Shown in pieces: positions 1 through 10,260 of a stretch of 64,000 bases of DNA; the first letter of the stretch is position 1; every line of letters begins with the position of its first letter. The stretch is from positions 1 to 64,000 of IMG/VR virus record IMGVR_UViG_3300020421_001669; one strand, 5' to 3'. Under the pieces are notes generated by a model that was not told the origin of the DNA, ran no database searches, and saw nothing but the letters and a program-made list of their open reading frames with translations. A program made the position numbers and the translations under genes. This DNA is from a virus.

Positions 1-87
1 AGTATGGGCAAGTATCGTAGAAGGAGTGATTATACTCCAGACAAGTTTAATTATGACATTAATGTAAGGGAGATGTTTTATGAGTGA
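1..87 (+). CDS. 3' end of an upstream CDS (partial)
   Basis: Frame 1 is open from the window start to TGA at 85-87 and overlaps the next ATG. Confidence 0.5.
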   Translation, partial: SMGKYRRRSDYTPDKFNYDINVREMFYE

Positions 88-1306
88 AACATTTTGTCCT
101 TTACCTTGGAATCATTTAGCAACTCATCCACATGGGATATGTACTTTATGTTGTGAGTCAAATCAAGAAGAGGGTCAGTCTCAAGCATTTAATGAAACAA
201 ACAATAAATCATTTAGAAAGTTTTTGACATTACAGGATGTAAGTGATTTTTCTGAAATTACTAATTCTGACAGTTTTAGTAAAGTTAGATTACAAATGTT
301 AAATGGTGAAAAACCTGTTGAATGTAGTAAGTGCTGGGAAGCAGAAAGTGTAGGTAATAAAAGTAAACGATATTATGAAAGTCGCCGTTTGCCTATGACT
401 TTGAAAGAGGCAAAAGAAATAACGAATGATGATGGAACTTTAAAGGAGGTCAATTATGAATTTGTGGAATTGCGTCTTGGCAACCATTGTAATGTTCAGT
501 GCCGGACTTGCAATCCTTACTCGTCTTCTAGGTGGTTAAAGGATTGGGATAACATATATCCAGAAAGAAGAGCGCTTCCAGAATTCACGCGAAAAAGTAG
601 TTTTAACTGGCCATTGGAAGAAGAGTTCTGGGAAAAACTTATTGATAGGTGTAACGAACTACGATTGTTGTATATCAATGGTGGTGAACCCTTTCTTATA
701 GACAAACATTTTAATTTTCTACAAACTCTAGTTGATAAAGGAATATCAAAGAATGTAGAAATAGTTTATTCTACTAACTGTACCATTATTAATCACACAT
801 ATGAAGATATATGGAAGGAGTTTAAAAAGGTACAGTTTATGTTGTCTATTGATTGTGTCGGTGAAAGGAACGAGTATATTAGAACTTATACCGCGTGGTC
901 TAAAGTATTAGAGTTTGTTGATTGGATGAAAGATATTACAAGTAAGAATGATAACCTAGATTATAACATACTTCAAACTGTATCTACATATAATATATTT
1001 TATATACCAGAGTTCTATAAGTATTTTGATGGCGAACATATAAGTCATAACTTTGTAAAAGACCCCTCTCAGTATGACCCACTAATTTTACCACAAGTCA
1101 TACAACAAAAGATTTTAGATAAGTTGTCTGGTTGTGGGGGATATGATGTTGTCAAAAACTATTTTAACATAGAAGGTATATCATATACTGACTTGGATTT
1201 AATGAAATCGTTTTTTCAAAAAACAGGTGCCATGGATGTTACAAAGAAAACATCTTTTAAGAAAACCTTTCCAGAATTTTATGAGTTAATTAAAGATTAT
1301 GAGTGA
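80..1306 (+). CDS. Radical SAM protein with N-terminal SPASM/twitch-like Cys domain
   Basis: CNVQCRTC (CxxxCxxC), GGEP, N-terminal CPLPW..CC..CSKC. Confidence 0.9.
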   Translation: MSETFCPLPWNHLATHPHGICTLCCESNQEEGQSQAFNETNNKSFRKFLTLQDVSDFSEITNSDSFSKVRLQMLNGEKPVECSKCWEAESVGNKSKRYYESRRLPMTLKEAKEITNDDGTLKEVNYEFVELRLGNHCNVQCRTCNPYSSSRWLKDWDNIYPERRALPEFTRKSSFNWPLEEEFWEKLIDRCNELRLLYINGGEPFLIDKHFNFLQTLVDKGISKNVEIVYSTNCTIINHTYEDIWKEFKKVQFMLSIDCVGERNEYIRTYTAWSKVLEFVDWMKDITSKNDNLDYNILQTVSTYNIFYIPEFYKYFDGEHISHNFVKDPSQYDPLILPQVIQQKILDKLSGCGGYDVVKNYFNIEGISYTDLDLMKSFFQKTGAMDVTKKTSFKKTFPEFYELIKDYE

Positions 1307-2558
1307 TAAGAAAAATCTATGTATGTTGCCGTGGGTTCATCTACACACATGGCCTAATGGAACAGTATATCCTTGTTGTGTTACTCCCATGAATTACAAA
1401 GCAGGAAACTTAAACGATAATACTTTAGAAGAGGTATATAACAGTGACTTGATGAAAGACATTCGTGTCAAGATGATAAACGAAGAAAGACACGATGCAT
1501 GTTCTAGGTGTTGGTTACAGGAAGACCAAGGCGGTATGTCAATGAGACATAGAGCAAATAAAAGTTGGACGGAATACGAACACATGATTGATGATACTAA
1601 AGAAGATGGTACAGTGGAAGAAATGAAACTGCCATACTGGGACTTTAGGTTTTCTAATATCTGTAATTTTAAATGTCGTAGTTGTGGGCCTCAATTGAGT
1701 ACTGGTTGGTACACAGATGTAAAAAAGATTTCTGTTATAGAAACTGGTAAACCAACATTACCAAACGATATACCAAAGGGAAATAAATTTGATTTGTGGG
1801 AACAGATAGAACCACACTTTGAATCTGTAGAGGAAATATATTTTGCTGGTGGTGAACCCCTTATAATGGAAGAACACTATCGCATATTAAAAAAACTAGA
1901 CGCGATGGGAAAACACGATGTCTTGTTAAGATATAATACAAACTTCAGTGAAATGAGATATAAAGATTTGCATGTACTAGAATTCTGGCCAAAATTTAAA
2001 AATGTAGAGGTTGGTGCTAGTATAGATGGGATGCAAGAACAAGGTGAATTTATTCGTAGTGGATTTAACTGGGAACAGTTCAAAGAAAACAGAAACAGGA
2101 TGAAAGAAACATGTTCTCATGTAAACTTTTATGTTAGTTCTACTATTAGTATTCAAAATGCATATCATGTAGTACCATTCCATCACGCGCTTGTAGACGG
2201 TGGGTATATTGACAGTTACAACTCTTTTAATGTTAATATCGTAACAGAACCGCCTTGGCTTGATACTAGAATATTACCAGACCATCACAAACAAAAACTT
2301 GTTGAAGTATATAATACTCATATTGATTTTCTTTCAGATAAAAATGCGTGGGCAACAAAACAGGGGTTTGAGGGGTTACGAAATCATGTTTCATCTGAAT
2401 TAGACCCAAATACATCTTCATCTGGAAATCATTATCCAAGAAAACCAGAAGGATTGAGACAACTATTTAAATATAAAATGGAACAACTAGACGAAATAAG
2501 AAAAGAAAGTTTCTCAGAAACATTTCCAGAACTTGAGGATTTATACGATGCCGTTTAA
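1299..2558 (+). CDS. Radical SAM protein with N-terminal SPASM/twitch-like domain (paralog 2)
   Basis: CNFKCRSC, AGGEP, YNTN, N-terminal CMLPW..YPCC..CSRC. Confidence 0.9.
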   Translation: MSDKKNLCMLPWVHLHTWPNGTVYPCCVTPMNYKAGNLNDNTLEEVYNSDLMKDIRVKMINEERHDACSRCWLQEDQGGMSMRHRANKSWTEYEHMIDDTKEDGTVEEMKLPYWDFRFSNICNFKCRSCGPQLSTGWYTDVKKISVIETGKPTLPNDIPKGNKFDLWEQIEPHFESVEEIYFAGGEPLIMEEHYRILKKLDAMGKHDVLLRYNTNFSEMRYKDLHVLEFWPKFKNVEVGASIDGMQEQGEFIRSGFNWEQFKENRNRMKETCSHVNFYVSSTISIQNAYHVVPFHHALVDGGYIDSYNSFNVNIVTEPPWLDTRILPDHHKQKLVEVYNTHIDFLSDKNAWATKQGFEGLRNHVSSELDPNTSSSGNHYPRKPEGLRQLFKYKMEQLDEIRKESFSETFPELEDLYDAV

Positions 2559-3675
2559 AGAAAATGATAGACCTCGAAAAGAAGATAGGGTTTTTAAGAC
2601 AGGTGTGGGTCATTGTAAGGATGCGGTGATTACATTAAGATTGAGAAATAGTAGAAATAATGATGTGTCACCATTGAACATAAAAATTAAATTAGATGAT
2701 AATGATGCCGTTCAGTTATGGTATCAAAGATTTAAACACGAACTAAAAAGTAATGCCTTTTTAAGAAAAGAACATGTATTCATGGGAGAAAGTACTTTGG
2801 ATACAGAGGAGATGATTGAAAAAGTAAACTCCACCTTAGACCACATATCAAAGTTTGACTTTGTTGCTGAACAATGGTCTCGGTGGCAAGACTTTGTAAA
2901 AGCAGACCAGACAAATGTAATTAATCAACCCCTAACAAAAAACCCAGAAATATCTGAAAGATTATCAATAGAAGATTTTGCAGACGGCAACGATAATGAA
3001 AGAATGAATGTTGTTCATAATTATTTTCCATTGTTGTCAGGCCCAGCAGATAAAACTACTGCTCATTTATATGTTGCACCACCAGATGTTCAGGCTAGTA
3101 TTTGTAGATTAAATTTAGAAGTTCACGAACTCCATACTACACTACAGAATGATGAACAGGCAGACTTTAATATGCATGTTAATGTTTCTTGGCAAAGAGC
3201 GCCAAAGAAATTACCTGTATTACCAGAATCTTTTGACGATTTGTTTACCAAGTATACTAAGTTTGGGGATGTACTACTTGGATATCCTCAGATTGGAAAG
3301 ACTCATATAGAAGCATACGCGGAAGAGGACGAAGAGCTAGAAGATGAACATGTAGAACCTATCAAATATCTTTCTGGTGATATGTTGATAAAATTTTCTA
3401 CAGACCAACACGAAAACTGGGTAGAGGGATTTGATAACTGGTTAATAGAACAGGGATTAGACCCAGAAGATAAAACAGGTAGATATGGATATGCTAAGTT
3501 GGGAACAGTCGTAGATGTTGACTTAGATTTTGTACAAGAAGAAATATCTGGTAAGTATGATGATATTGATAGAATAATTGTGGTAGATAAAGAAGAACAC
3601 CTTGACCATGAGTTTCCTTATAGCAGACACGATGATGACTATGAAACTAAATTCTTGAGGTATTTACATGACTAG
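2548..3675 (+). CDS. Hypothetical protein
   Basis: Long ORF coupled to both neighbours; ATG at 2548 preferred over the TTG at 2533. Confidence 0.75.
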   Translation: MPFKENDRPRKEDRVFKTGVGHCKDAVITLRLRNSRNNDVSPLNIKIKLDDNDAVQLWYQRFKHELKSNAFLRKEHVFMGESTLDTEEMIEKVNSTLDHISKFDFVAEQWSRWQDFVKADQTNVINQPLTKNPEISERLSIEDFADGNDNERMNVVHNYFPLLSGPADKTTAHLYVAPPDVQASICRLNLEVHELHTTLQNDEQADFNMHVNVSWQRAPKKLPVLPESFDDLFTKYTKFGDVLLGYPQIGKTHIEAYAEEDEELEDEHVEPIKYLSGDMLIKFSTDQHENWVEGFDNWLIEQGLDPEDKTGRYGYAKLGTVVDVDLDFVQEEISGKYDDIDRIIVVDKEEHLDHEFPYSRHDDDYETKFLRYLHD

Positions 3676-4216
3676 AATAAGCAGTGCGGATATAAGGGGT
3701 TTAGGAAATTGGAACTTTGACGAATATGTAGGGATGTTACCAGAAGAAGGAAATTTATTAGAAATAGGTTCGTTGTTTGGTAAGTCTGCTGTTTGTTGGG
3801 CTGAAACATTTGAGAGATATAATAAAAATTGGAACATACACGCGGTAGACTTGTTTGCTGGTTTTGCTGCTGGTGGAGGCATTTGGTCTAGTGCCAAACA
3901 AAGGATTAATCCAGACCCAGAATTTCATTGTACAGCTAAAGAACATTTAGAAGAGTTCAAACGCAACACATCTTCATGGGATAACATTACATGGCAAAGA
4001 ACCAATCATATCGGATATATTCCAAAACAAAAACCAGATGCACTATTTTATGATGGTGACCATTCTTACATAGGTATGAAAGATACTATGAAAAACCTGT
4101 GGGATATAGAGTTTATATTTGTGGATGATTGTCATATGCCAGAGACAGTTAAAGTATTGGAAGAACTTGGAAGACCCTTTGAAATAAAACATGGAATGGC
4201 GGTCATCAATGGATAA
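3668..4216 (+). CDS. Class I SAM-dependent methyltransferase (Methyltransf_24-like)
   Basis: LEIGSLFGKS motif I, AVD, YDGDHSY and VDD motifs. Confidence 0.85.
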   Translation: MTRISSADIRGLGNWNFDEYVGMLPEEGNLLEIGSLFGKSAVCWAETFERYNKNWNIHAVDLFAGFAAGGGIWSSAKQRINPDPEFHCTAKEHLEEFKRNTSSWDNITWQRTNHIGYIPKQKPDALFYDGDHSYIGMKDTMKNLWDIEFIFVDDCHMPETVKVLEELGRPFEIKHGMAVING

Positions 4217-5390
4217 ACTTTGCGTATTGCCTTGGGTTCATACAGAGTTCACTACAGATGGAACTGCTAATCCATGTTGTTTGTATAAAGGAGACCCAAT
4301 GGGCAACTTGAAAGAAGAAAACTTTCTTGATGTTTGGAATGGGGACTCTTACACAAACCTAAGAAAAGAATTCCTTGATGGAAAGAAACCAGAAGGTTGT
4401 GCTATGTGTTGGGAAGGTGAAGATGCTGGATACCAATCTAAAAGACTTCAAGACAATAAACGATTTGAGAGACAACTAAAAGAAATAAAAGAACAACAAA
4501 ACTTTATTGCAACTGATACTCCGAAATATCTTGATTTAAAGTTTGGTACTCTATGTAATTTAAAATGCAGAACATGTGGTAGTATAAACAGTTCAAAATG
4601 GCAAACAGATGAGAAAAAACTATACGGTAGAATATTAAACAAAAAAGACCCTCTGTGGATTATTAAAAACCCAAATGTGTGGGACGAACTTTTTGAGATT
4701 ATGCATACGGTAGAACAAATGGACTTCACTGGTGGTGAACCATTTATGATAGAAGAACATTTTGAGTTGTTGCGTAGAACAGTCGAGGCAGGACACGCGG
4801 AACACATATCTTTACATTATAACACAAACGGAACTATTCGTCCACCACAAAAAATATTTGACTTGTGGAAAGAGTTCAAGTCTTGTGAAGTGATGTTTAG
4901 TATTGATGGAATATTCAAGAAATTTGAATATATCAGACACCCAGCAAAATGGGATGAAGCGTGGGATAACTATAACTACTTTAAATCACTTGATTGGATG
5001 TATGTTCAAGTATGTCATACAGTCAGTCTTTATAATGTATATTACCTAGATGAGTTTATAGACTTGTTTGGTAGAGAAAACATATACCTTAATCTTTTAC
5101 ACTTTCCTAGACAGTATTGTATTAGAAATATGCCAGATGTGTGTAAAGAAAAGGTTGCAGATAAACTTATAAATATTCCAGACATAAATGATATTATATT
5201 GTTTATGAATCAAGAAGCTCAATATGACAAACTTGATATGGGATTTTTGCATGTTACAGAAAAATTGGACAACATAAGAAATGAAAGTTACAGTGAAATT
5301 TTTTCAGAATTTTATAGGATATTGATAGATGGCGGAATCGGAAGAGAACCTTGGACAGTTAAACAATACTTTAGACCGATTGGTGAATGA
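4209..5390 (+). CDS. Radical SAM protein with N-terminal SPASM/twitch-like domain (paralog 3)
   Basis: CNLKCRTC, TGGEP, YNTNG, CVLPW..PCC..CAMC; start at MDKLC by alignment with the paralogs. Confidence 0.9.
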   Translation: MDKLCVLPWVHTEFTTDGTANPCCLYKGDPMGNLKEENFLDVWNGDSYTNLRKEFLDGKKPEGCAMCWEGEDAGYQSKRLQDNKRFERQLKEIKEQQNFIATDTPKYLDLKFGTLCNLKCRTCGSINSSKWQTDEKKLYGRILNKKDPLWIIKNPNVWDELFEIMHTVEQMDFTGGEPFMIEEHFELLRRTVEAGHAEHISLHYNTNGTIRPPQKIFDLWKEFKSCEVMFSIDGIFKKFEYIRHPAKWDEAWDNYNYFKSLDWMYVQVCHTVSLYNVYYLDEFIDLFGRENIYLNLLHFPRQYCIRNMPDVCKEKVADKLINIPDINDIILFMNQEAQYDKLDMGFLHVTEKLDNIRNESYSEIFSEFYRILIDGGIGREPWTVKQYFRPIGE

Positions 5391-7062
5391 AGTAGCTGGT
5401 CTTAGAACAGAATTATCAGACCTCAAAAAAATCAATACCAGTATACTTAAAAAACAACTGGTGAGAAAGGGTGCCGACAAAGAACGACATTTTTTGTGGT
5501 TCGATAAAAAAAGCACCCAGACAAACCACGAAGATATTTTTACTTGGCCTCAGGCAAACTGTTCTTCTAAACCCAACCATGTTTTTGCTAATATGACTAA
5601 AATACTGTCACATTACCAAACTGTAGATTGGCCTTACCAAGTTGGTGATATTGAAAACTTTGACCCAAACGGTGTTCACAAAAATACTAACAATCTTTAT
5701 TTCTTAGAACCACAATATGTGTTTTCAAATCACTGGGAACATTGCATCGACTTTATTCCAGAAACAGTTCAATGTTGGTTGCGAGAAAGAAAAATGGCTT
5801 TGGTCTTGTGGTTTCCCCACGAAGGATTTAATTTTGAACAGGGATTTAACCAAACAGGATGGTTGCAACATTTTCACAACCAAATGCGAAAACATCAATT
5901 GGAAAACATTATAAGTTACTTTGTGTTTGGTGATTTACAAGCATCTCCAAACTATGATACCTTTTTAAGAACGCGACAAGGTAATGAAAGAACTCAATTT
6001 GAATTCACAAAAGTTATTTCTTATGATTTTTTTCACCAAGATTACTGGAGAGATTATTCAGAAAGAACTGGTATCTATATAAGCAGAACCCAAAATCCAA
6101 AATACATGCATCAAAACACATATGGTCATTCTGAGTTAACAGGAGGATTTACTGACCATGTTATAGTTCCATATGAAGACTTTGATAGTGGTCTTTTACA
6201 AAGAGAAGCAGACCAAATAGTACAAGACTCATATGAAAGATGTAAACCAGATGAAGTATTAGTAGGGATTCCAAATGGGATTGAGAAAACCGCAGACCTT
6301 GTTTGTTTGAATGCTAGACCAAGGTCTCATAGACCAGTGCTGGTTGCTGAATTACATAGAATAGGATATAACAATGACAATTCATACATAAGTTTTCTTG
6401 GTAGAGAAGATATGATAAACCAACATGGAGACCTTATTAGTGGTCAACCTATTTGGAAAGAACATATGTTTAGGAATTTGGACATCACAGCATTTACTGC
6501 TAGAAAAGATAATCCTTTTATTGCTTTTCTTTCTCATGATATTCAGATAGAACACACTTATAGATTTTGGAAAGAAAGAACTATGGTTCTCGCGGATAAA
6601 CCAGTGTTGGAAGTACATGATGATGACAGACTAGTAACATCACAGATGTATAAAGATTCATTTTTTAGTTTAGTATCAGAGACATTGTTTGGAGAAGATA
6701 AAGAATCACTTTTTATAACAGAAAAAACATTTAAACCAATAGCATATCGACATCCATTCATGATTGTTGGTAGCATGGGTACTTTAAGACATCTAAGATA
6801 TCTTGGATATGAAACATTCCCAGAAATGTTTGATGAAAGTTATGACCAAGAATATGACCCGAAAAAAAGGTTTTCTATTATATTAAGAAACTTGGAAAAC
6901 TGGTATCAATTGACAAGAGATGAAAAAATTCACAAATATAACGCTGTAAGAGAAAAATTAAAACACAACTTTGAACTATTTAAAAACTCAAGAGGTCAAT
7001 TTGAGAAAGACACAGCTTATGTACTAAGTCAATTGTCATCTCACAGTGTAGAGTTAATCTAA
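5329..7062 (+). CDS. Putative glycosyltransferase-like protein (TEKTFKP family)
   Basis: LNARPRSHR and SET..ITEKTFKPIAYRHPF motifs, reminiscent of a GT10-like C-terminal nucleotide-sugar binding region. Confidence 0.5.
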   Translation: MAESEENLGQLNNTLDRLVNEVAGLRTELSDLKKINTSILKKQLVRKGADKERHFLWFDKKSTQTNHEDIFTWPQANCSSKPNHVFANMTKILSHYQTVDWPYQVGDIENFDPNGVHKNTNNLYFLEPQYVFSNHWEHCIDFIPETVQCWLRERKMALVLWFPHEGFNFEQGFNQTGWLQHFHNQMRKHQLENIISYFVFGDLQASPNYDTFLRTRQGNERTQFEFTKVISYDFFHQDYWRDYSERTGIYISRTQNPKYMHQNTYGHSELTGGFTDHVIVPYEDFDSGLLQREADQIVQDSYERCKPDEVLVGIPNGIEKTADLVCLNARPRSHRPVLVAELHRIGYNNDNSYISFLGREDMINQHGDLISGQPIWKEHMFRNLDITAFTARKDNPFIAFLSHDIQIEHTYRFWKERTMVLADKPVLEVHDDDRLVTSQMYKDSFFSLVSETLFGEDKESLFITEKTFKPIAYRHPFMIVGSMGTLRHLRYLGYETFPEMFDESYDQEYDPKKRFSIILRNLENWYQLTRDEKIHKYNAVREKLKHNFELFKNSRGQFEKDTAYVLSQLSSHSVELI

Positions 7063-8117
7063 TGTACTGGTCAAAAGGTGCCGACATAGAAAGTGGTAGT
7101 CAGCATATAACCGAATTTGAAAGAATTTTTGTTAAAGAACTAATTGCTCAAAAACCAGATGACTGTGTTCTGGTAAATTCTACATGGTTTTCAAAACCAG
7201 AAAATGTTGATGATTTAAAAAAATGGTTTGAAGATAAAGGAACCCCCAGAGTTTTATTGTACTCTGGTATGGATTGGGAAAACTCCACATGCACAGAATC
7301 TACGCAAGAAGCACATAGGTTCCTTAATAAGAATTATGAAGTCATCAATATAGGGAATACTGGCACTGGGCATTACTTTAGTTTTTGGTTGTCCTTTATA
7401 CACAAACACCTTGACACCTTCTTTGATTCGTGTTATACTGAGACACCTAACATAAAAAAATACTTTATGTGTTTGAATCATCAACCGCATAAACACAGAA
7501 TAGAGTTTTTAAATCTTTTAAATGAAGTTGGTATATTTCACCACGGTACTATTTCTGCTATAGTTCCTCATGAAGAATATAAGTTTGATAATCCTATCAT
7601 TCTAAAAGAAAATAGACCACCTCATATTATGGAAAAATCTCATGAATGGGAAAGAGTAAATGACAACCACTTAGCAAACGATATCATTTCTCTGGGAGAC
7701 CCTAATTATTGGAACTCTCATTTTTGCACCGTTGTAACTGAAAGTGTAATGCATAGTGATGTGTTTTTAAGTGAGAAAACATTTAAACCATTAATAGGAC
7801 TTAGACCTTTTATTATTTTGGGTGATGGTTTGTTATATGATAAACTAAAGGAACTCAAGTTTGATACATTTGAAGACTTGTTTCCAAGAATACATCGTAA
7901 AGGACAGGATGAATATTGGCGGGGAGGCGTACCTCGTGGTGAACGCATAAATAACGCCGTACAAGACCTTAAAAATCTTCAAGAGAAATATGGAGATGCG
8001 GATAGTCTAATTACCTTATATAATAGTTTGGAAGATAGATTGATGTATAATAGACAGAGGGTTTTAGAGGTGATTAATGAGAATTACAACAAGATAATGG
8101 AGATTAGTAAGTTATGA
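7062..8117 (+). CDS. Putative glycosyltransferase-like protein, paralog of the preceding gene
   Basis: LNHQPHKHR, VTES..LSEKTFKPLIGLRPF. Confidence 0.5.
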   Translation: MYWSKGADIESGSQHITEFERIFVKELIAQKPDDCVLVNSTWFSKPENVDDLKKWFEDKGTPRVLLYSGMDWENSTCTESTQEAHRFLNKNYEVINIGNTGTGHYFSFWLSFIHKHLDTFFDSCYTETPNIKKYFMCLNHQPHKHRIEFLNLLNEVGIFHHGTISAIVPHEEYKFDNPIILKENRPPHIMEKSHEWERVNDNHLANDIISLGDPNYWNSHFCTVVTESVMHSDVFLSEKTFKPLIGLRPFIILGDGLLYDKLKELKFDTFEDLFPRIHRKGQDEYWRGGVPRGERINNAVQDLKNLQEKYGDADSLITLYNSLEDRLMYNRQRVLEVINENYNKIMEISKL

Positions 8118-9355
8118 CCAACATTGCATTTATTGGATTTGGTAAATTAGGTAAACCTTGTGCTGAGGTGATTGCACAAAAAGGACACGATGTAAGCGTT
8201 TATGATACACGCGAAGTAGAAAGTGAATATTGTAATGTTAAAGATACAATAGAAGAGGTTGTCAAAGATAGGTTATTTGTATTTGTCGCAGTGCCAACAC
8301 CACATGACCCATTGTACGATGGTTCAGAACCTACTTACCACTTACCACCAAAAGATTTTAATTACGATACTGTTAAAGAAGTAATCGCAGAAGCAAATAA
8401 ACATATGAATGAGAAGCAGACATTGGTTCTTATTAGTACTGTATTGCCTGGCACTGTAAGAAGAGAGTTTGTTCCTTTGATTACAAATACTAAGTTTGTT
8501 TACAATCCTTACTTGATTGCCATGGGTACAGTCGCGTGGGATATGGTAAACCCAGAGATGGTAATGATAGGTACAGAAAACGGAGAAGAATCATTAGAGG
8601 CACATAGTCTCATACACTTCTATAATGAGATAATGGAAAACGAACCGCGTTATGAAGTTGGTACTTGGGATGAGTGCGAATGTATTAAGGTGTTTTATAA
8701 TACCTTTATTAGTGCAAAGATTGGTCTTGTAAACATGATACAAGATGTCGCAGAGAGACAGGGTAATATTAATGTAGATGTAGTGACAAATGCATTAAAA
8801 AAGAGTTCTCAGAGAATCATGGGCCCCAGTTATATGAAATCTGGTATGGGTGATGGTGGCGCGTGTCATCCAAGAGATAATATTGCACTTAGATACATGG
8901 CACAAGAATTAAATCTGGGGTATGACTTGTTTGCTGAAATAATGAAGGCACGAGACATACAAGCAGAAAACATGGCAGTTGCCATTTTAAAACACGGAAA
9001 TAAAATTGGATTTACATCTGACTCATATAAACCAGATGTTCCATATACAAATGGTAGTTACAGTTTATTAGTTCAACACTATGTAAAAGAACACGGTGGA
9101 TTCATTACACCTCTTTCTTCACACCCACATGTGATTGTAAAGGTACATGAGTCTGATTTAATAGAAACCGATTTTGAGGGGGTCGTATTTGACCCTTGGA
9201 GAAGTCATGTGGGAATAAATGTTGTACACTACGGAGATACGAGAAATGAAAATTTTAAAGAAAAACAAGCAACTGCACAAATTCATGAAAGCTGGGAGAC
9301 TAACCAAAGTGATCAAGAAGGCGTTGTCGGAGGTCTCGGAGAAGACCGACTCTAA
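8114..9355 (+). CDS. ugd: UDP-glucose/GDP-mannose 6-dehydrogenase family
   Basis: GFGKLG Rossmann motif, VPTP, STVLPGT, YNP, catalytic GGACHPRD. Confidence 0.9.
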   Translation: MTNIAFIGFGKLGKPCAEVIAQKGHDVSVYDTREVESEYCNVKDTIEEVVKDRLFVFVAVPTPHDPLYDGSEPTYHLPPKDFNYDTVKEVIAEANKHMNEKQTLVLISTVLPGTVRREFVPLITNTKFVYNPYLIAMGTVAWDMVNPEMVMIGTENGEESLEAHSLIHFYNEIMENEPRYEVGTWDECECIKVFYNTFISAKIGLVNMIQDVAERQGNINVDVVTNALKKSSQRIMGPSYMKSGMGDGGACHPRDNIALRYMAQELNLGYDLFAEIMKARDIQAENMAVAILKHGNKIGFTSDSYKPDVPYTNGSYSLLVQHYVKEHGGFITPLSSHPHVIVKVHESDLIETDFEGVVFDPWRSHVGINVVHYGDTRNENFKEKQATAQIHESWETNQSDQEGVVGGLGEDRL

Positions 9356-9458
9356 ACTTGATGAGATAGAACAGAAAGAAAAAGAAAAAAGAAAAGAAGA
9401 AGAACTCCAACGCAAGTTAGAAAAAATGCGAGAGAGAGACCCCTTTATCTATGACTAG
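9246..9458 (+). CDS. Small charged hypothetical protein ending RDPFIYD
   Basis: ATG at 9246; stop overlaps the next start; overlaps the ugd 3' end. Confidence 0.65.
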   Translation: MKILKKNKQLHKFMKAGRLTKVIKKALSEVSEKTDSKLDEIEQKEKEKRKEEELQRKLEKMRERDPFIYD

Positions 9459-10260
9459 ACTTGTATCATATGGATGTTCCCACACATCTGGTGCAGAATT
9501 AGCTGACCATATAATGTTGGGGACAGACATAGAAACTGTTGATAAATTAAAATCTAAGTATATCTCTGGTGGTGATACACTACCGCAAGCTTGGAAAAAG
9601 ATTTGGAACGAATATGGATTTTCGTTTGACCCATATTCTAAATTTGATGACATCTTTCGTAGTGTTTCTTTAAAAGAAATACCGCATTTAGAAAGTGGCG
9701 AAGATATATGTAGGTCTTTAACATGGGTAAGGTATCTAACAGAACTACGCGGTCACACACATTACATAAATCGTGGTTTCGGTGGTGGTTCATTAGAACT
9801 TTGTGTATATTTATTGGAAGGGGATATCATTGACGGTATTATTGATACTAAGAAAGATGAAGTTATTGTTCAAGTTCCTCACCCCTATAGATGGATGGAA
9901 TTAGATTTTGATGGGATGCACAAAACCATTACTCCATATGAACAGGGAAACTACTGGAATATGACTTGGAGTTATTATCAATTATTAAGACACATAAAAC
10001 TGTTGGGTGTTAAATATTTTTTTATAGAAAAACCAACATGGAGACTAAGAAATGAAATTAGGGAAGACAATTTTGACTCTTGGTCAAATCCAATCAATAA
10101 CAATAAAGAACTTTTTGCGAAATATTGGAACTGGATTGGAGAAAATGCGATACCAACAAACGATGAGTTTTACTCTAATCCTAAACACGCTGGTGAACAT
10201 TACTACACAGAAACACATAAATTGATGGCGGAAAATTTAAATGATAAGTTGGGGAATTAG
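9451..10260 (+). CDS. SGNH/GDSL-like protein
   Basis: N-terminal YGCSHTSG, NRGFGGGS, C-terminal His. Confidence 0.55.
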   Translation: MTRLVSYGCSHTSGAELADHIMLGTDIETVDKLKSKYISGGDTLPQAWKKIWNEYGFSFDPYSKFDDIFRSVSLKEIPHLESGEDICRSLTWVRYLTELRGHTHYINRGFGGGSLELCVYLLEGDIIDGIIDTKKDEVIVQVPHPYRWMELDFDGMHKTITPYEQGNYWNMTWSYYQLLRHIKLLGVKYFFIEKPTWRLRNEIREDNFDSWSNPINNNKELFAKYWNWIGENAIPTNDEFYSNPKHAGEHYYTETHKLMAENLNDKLGN

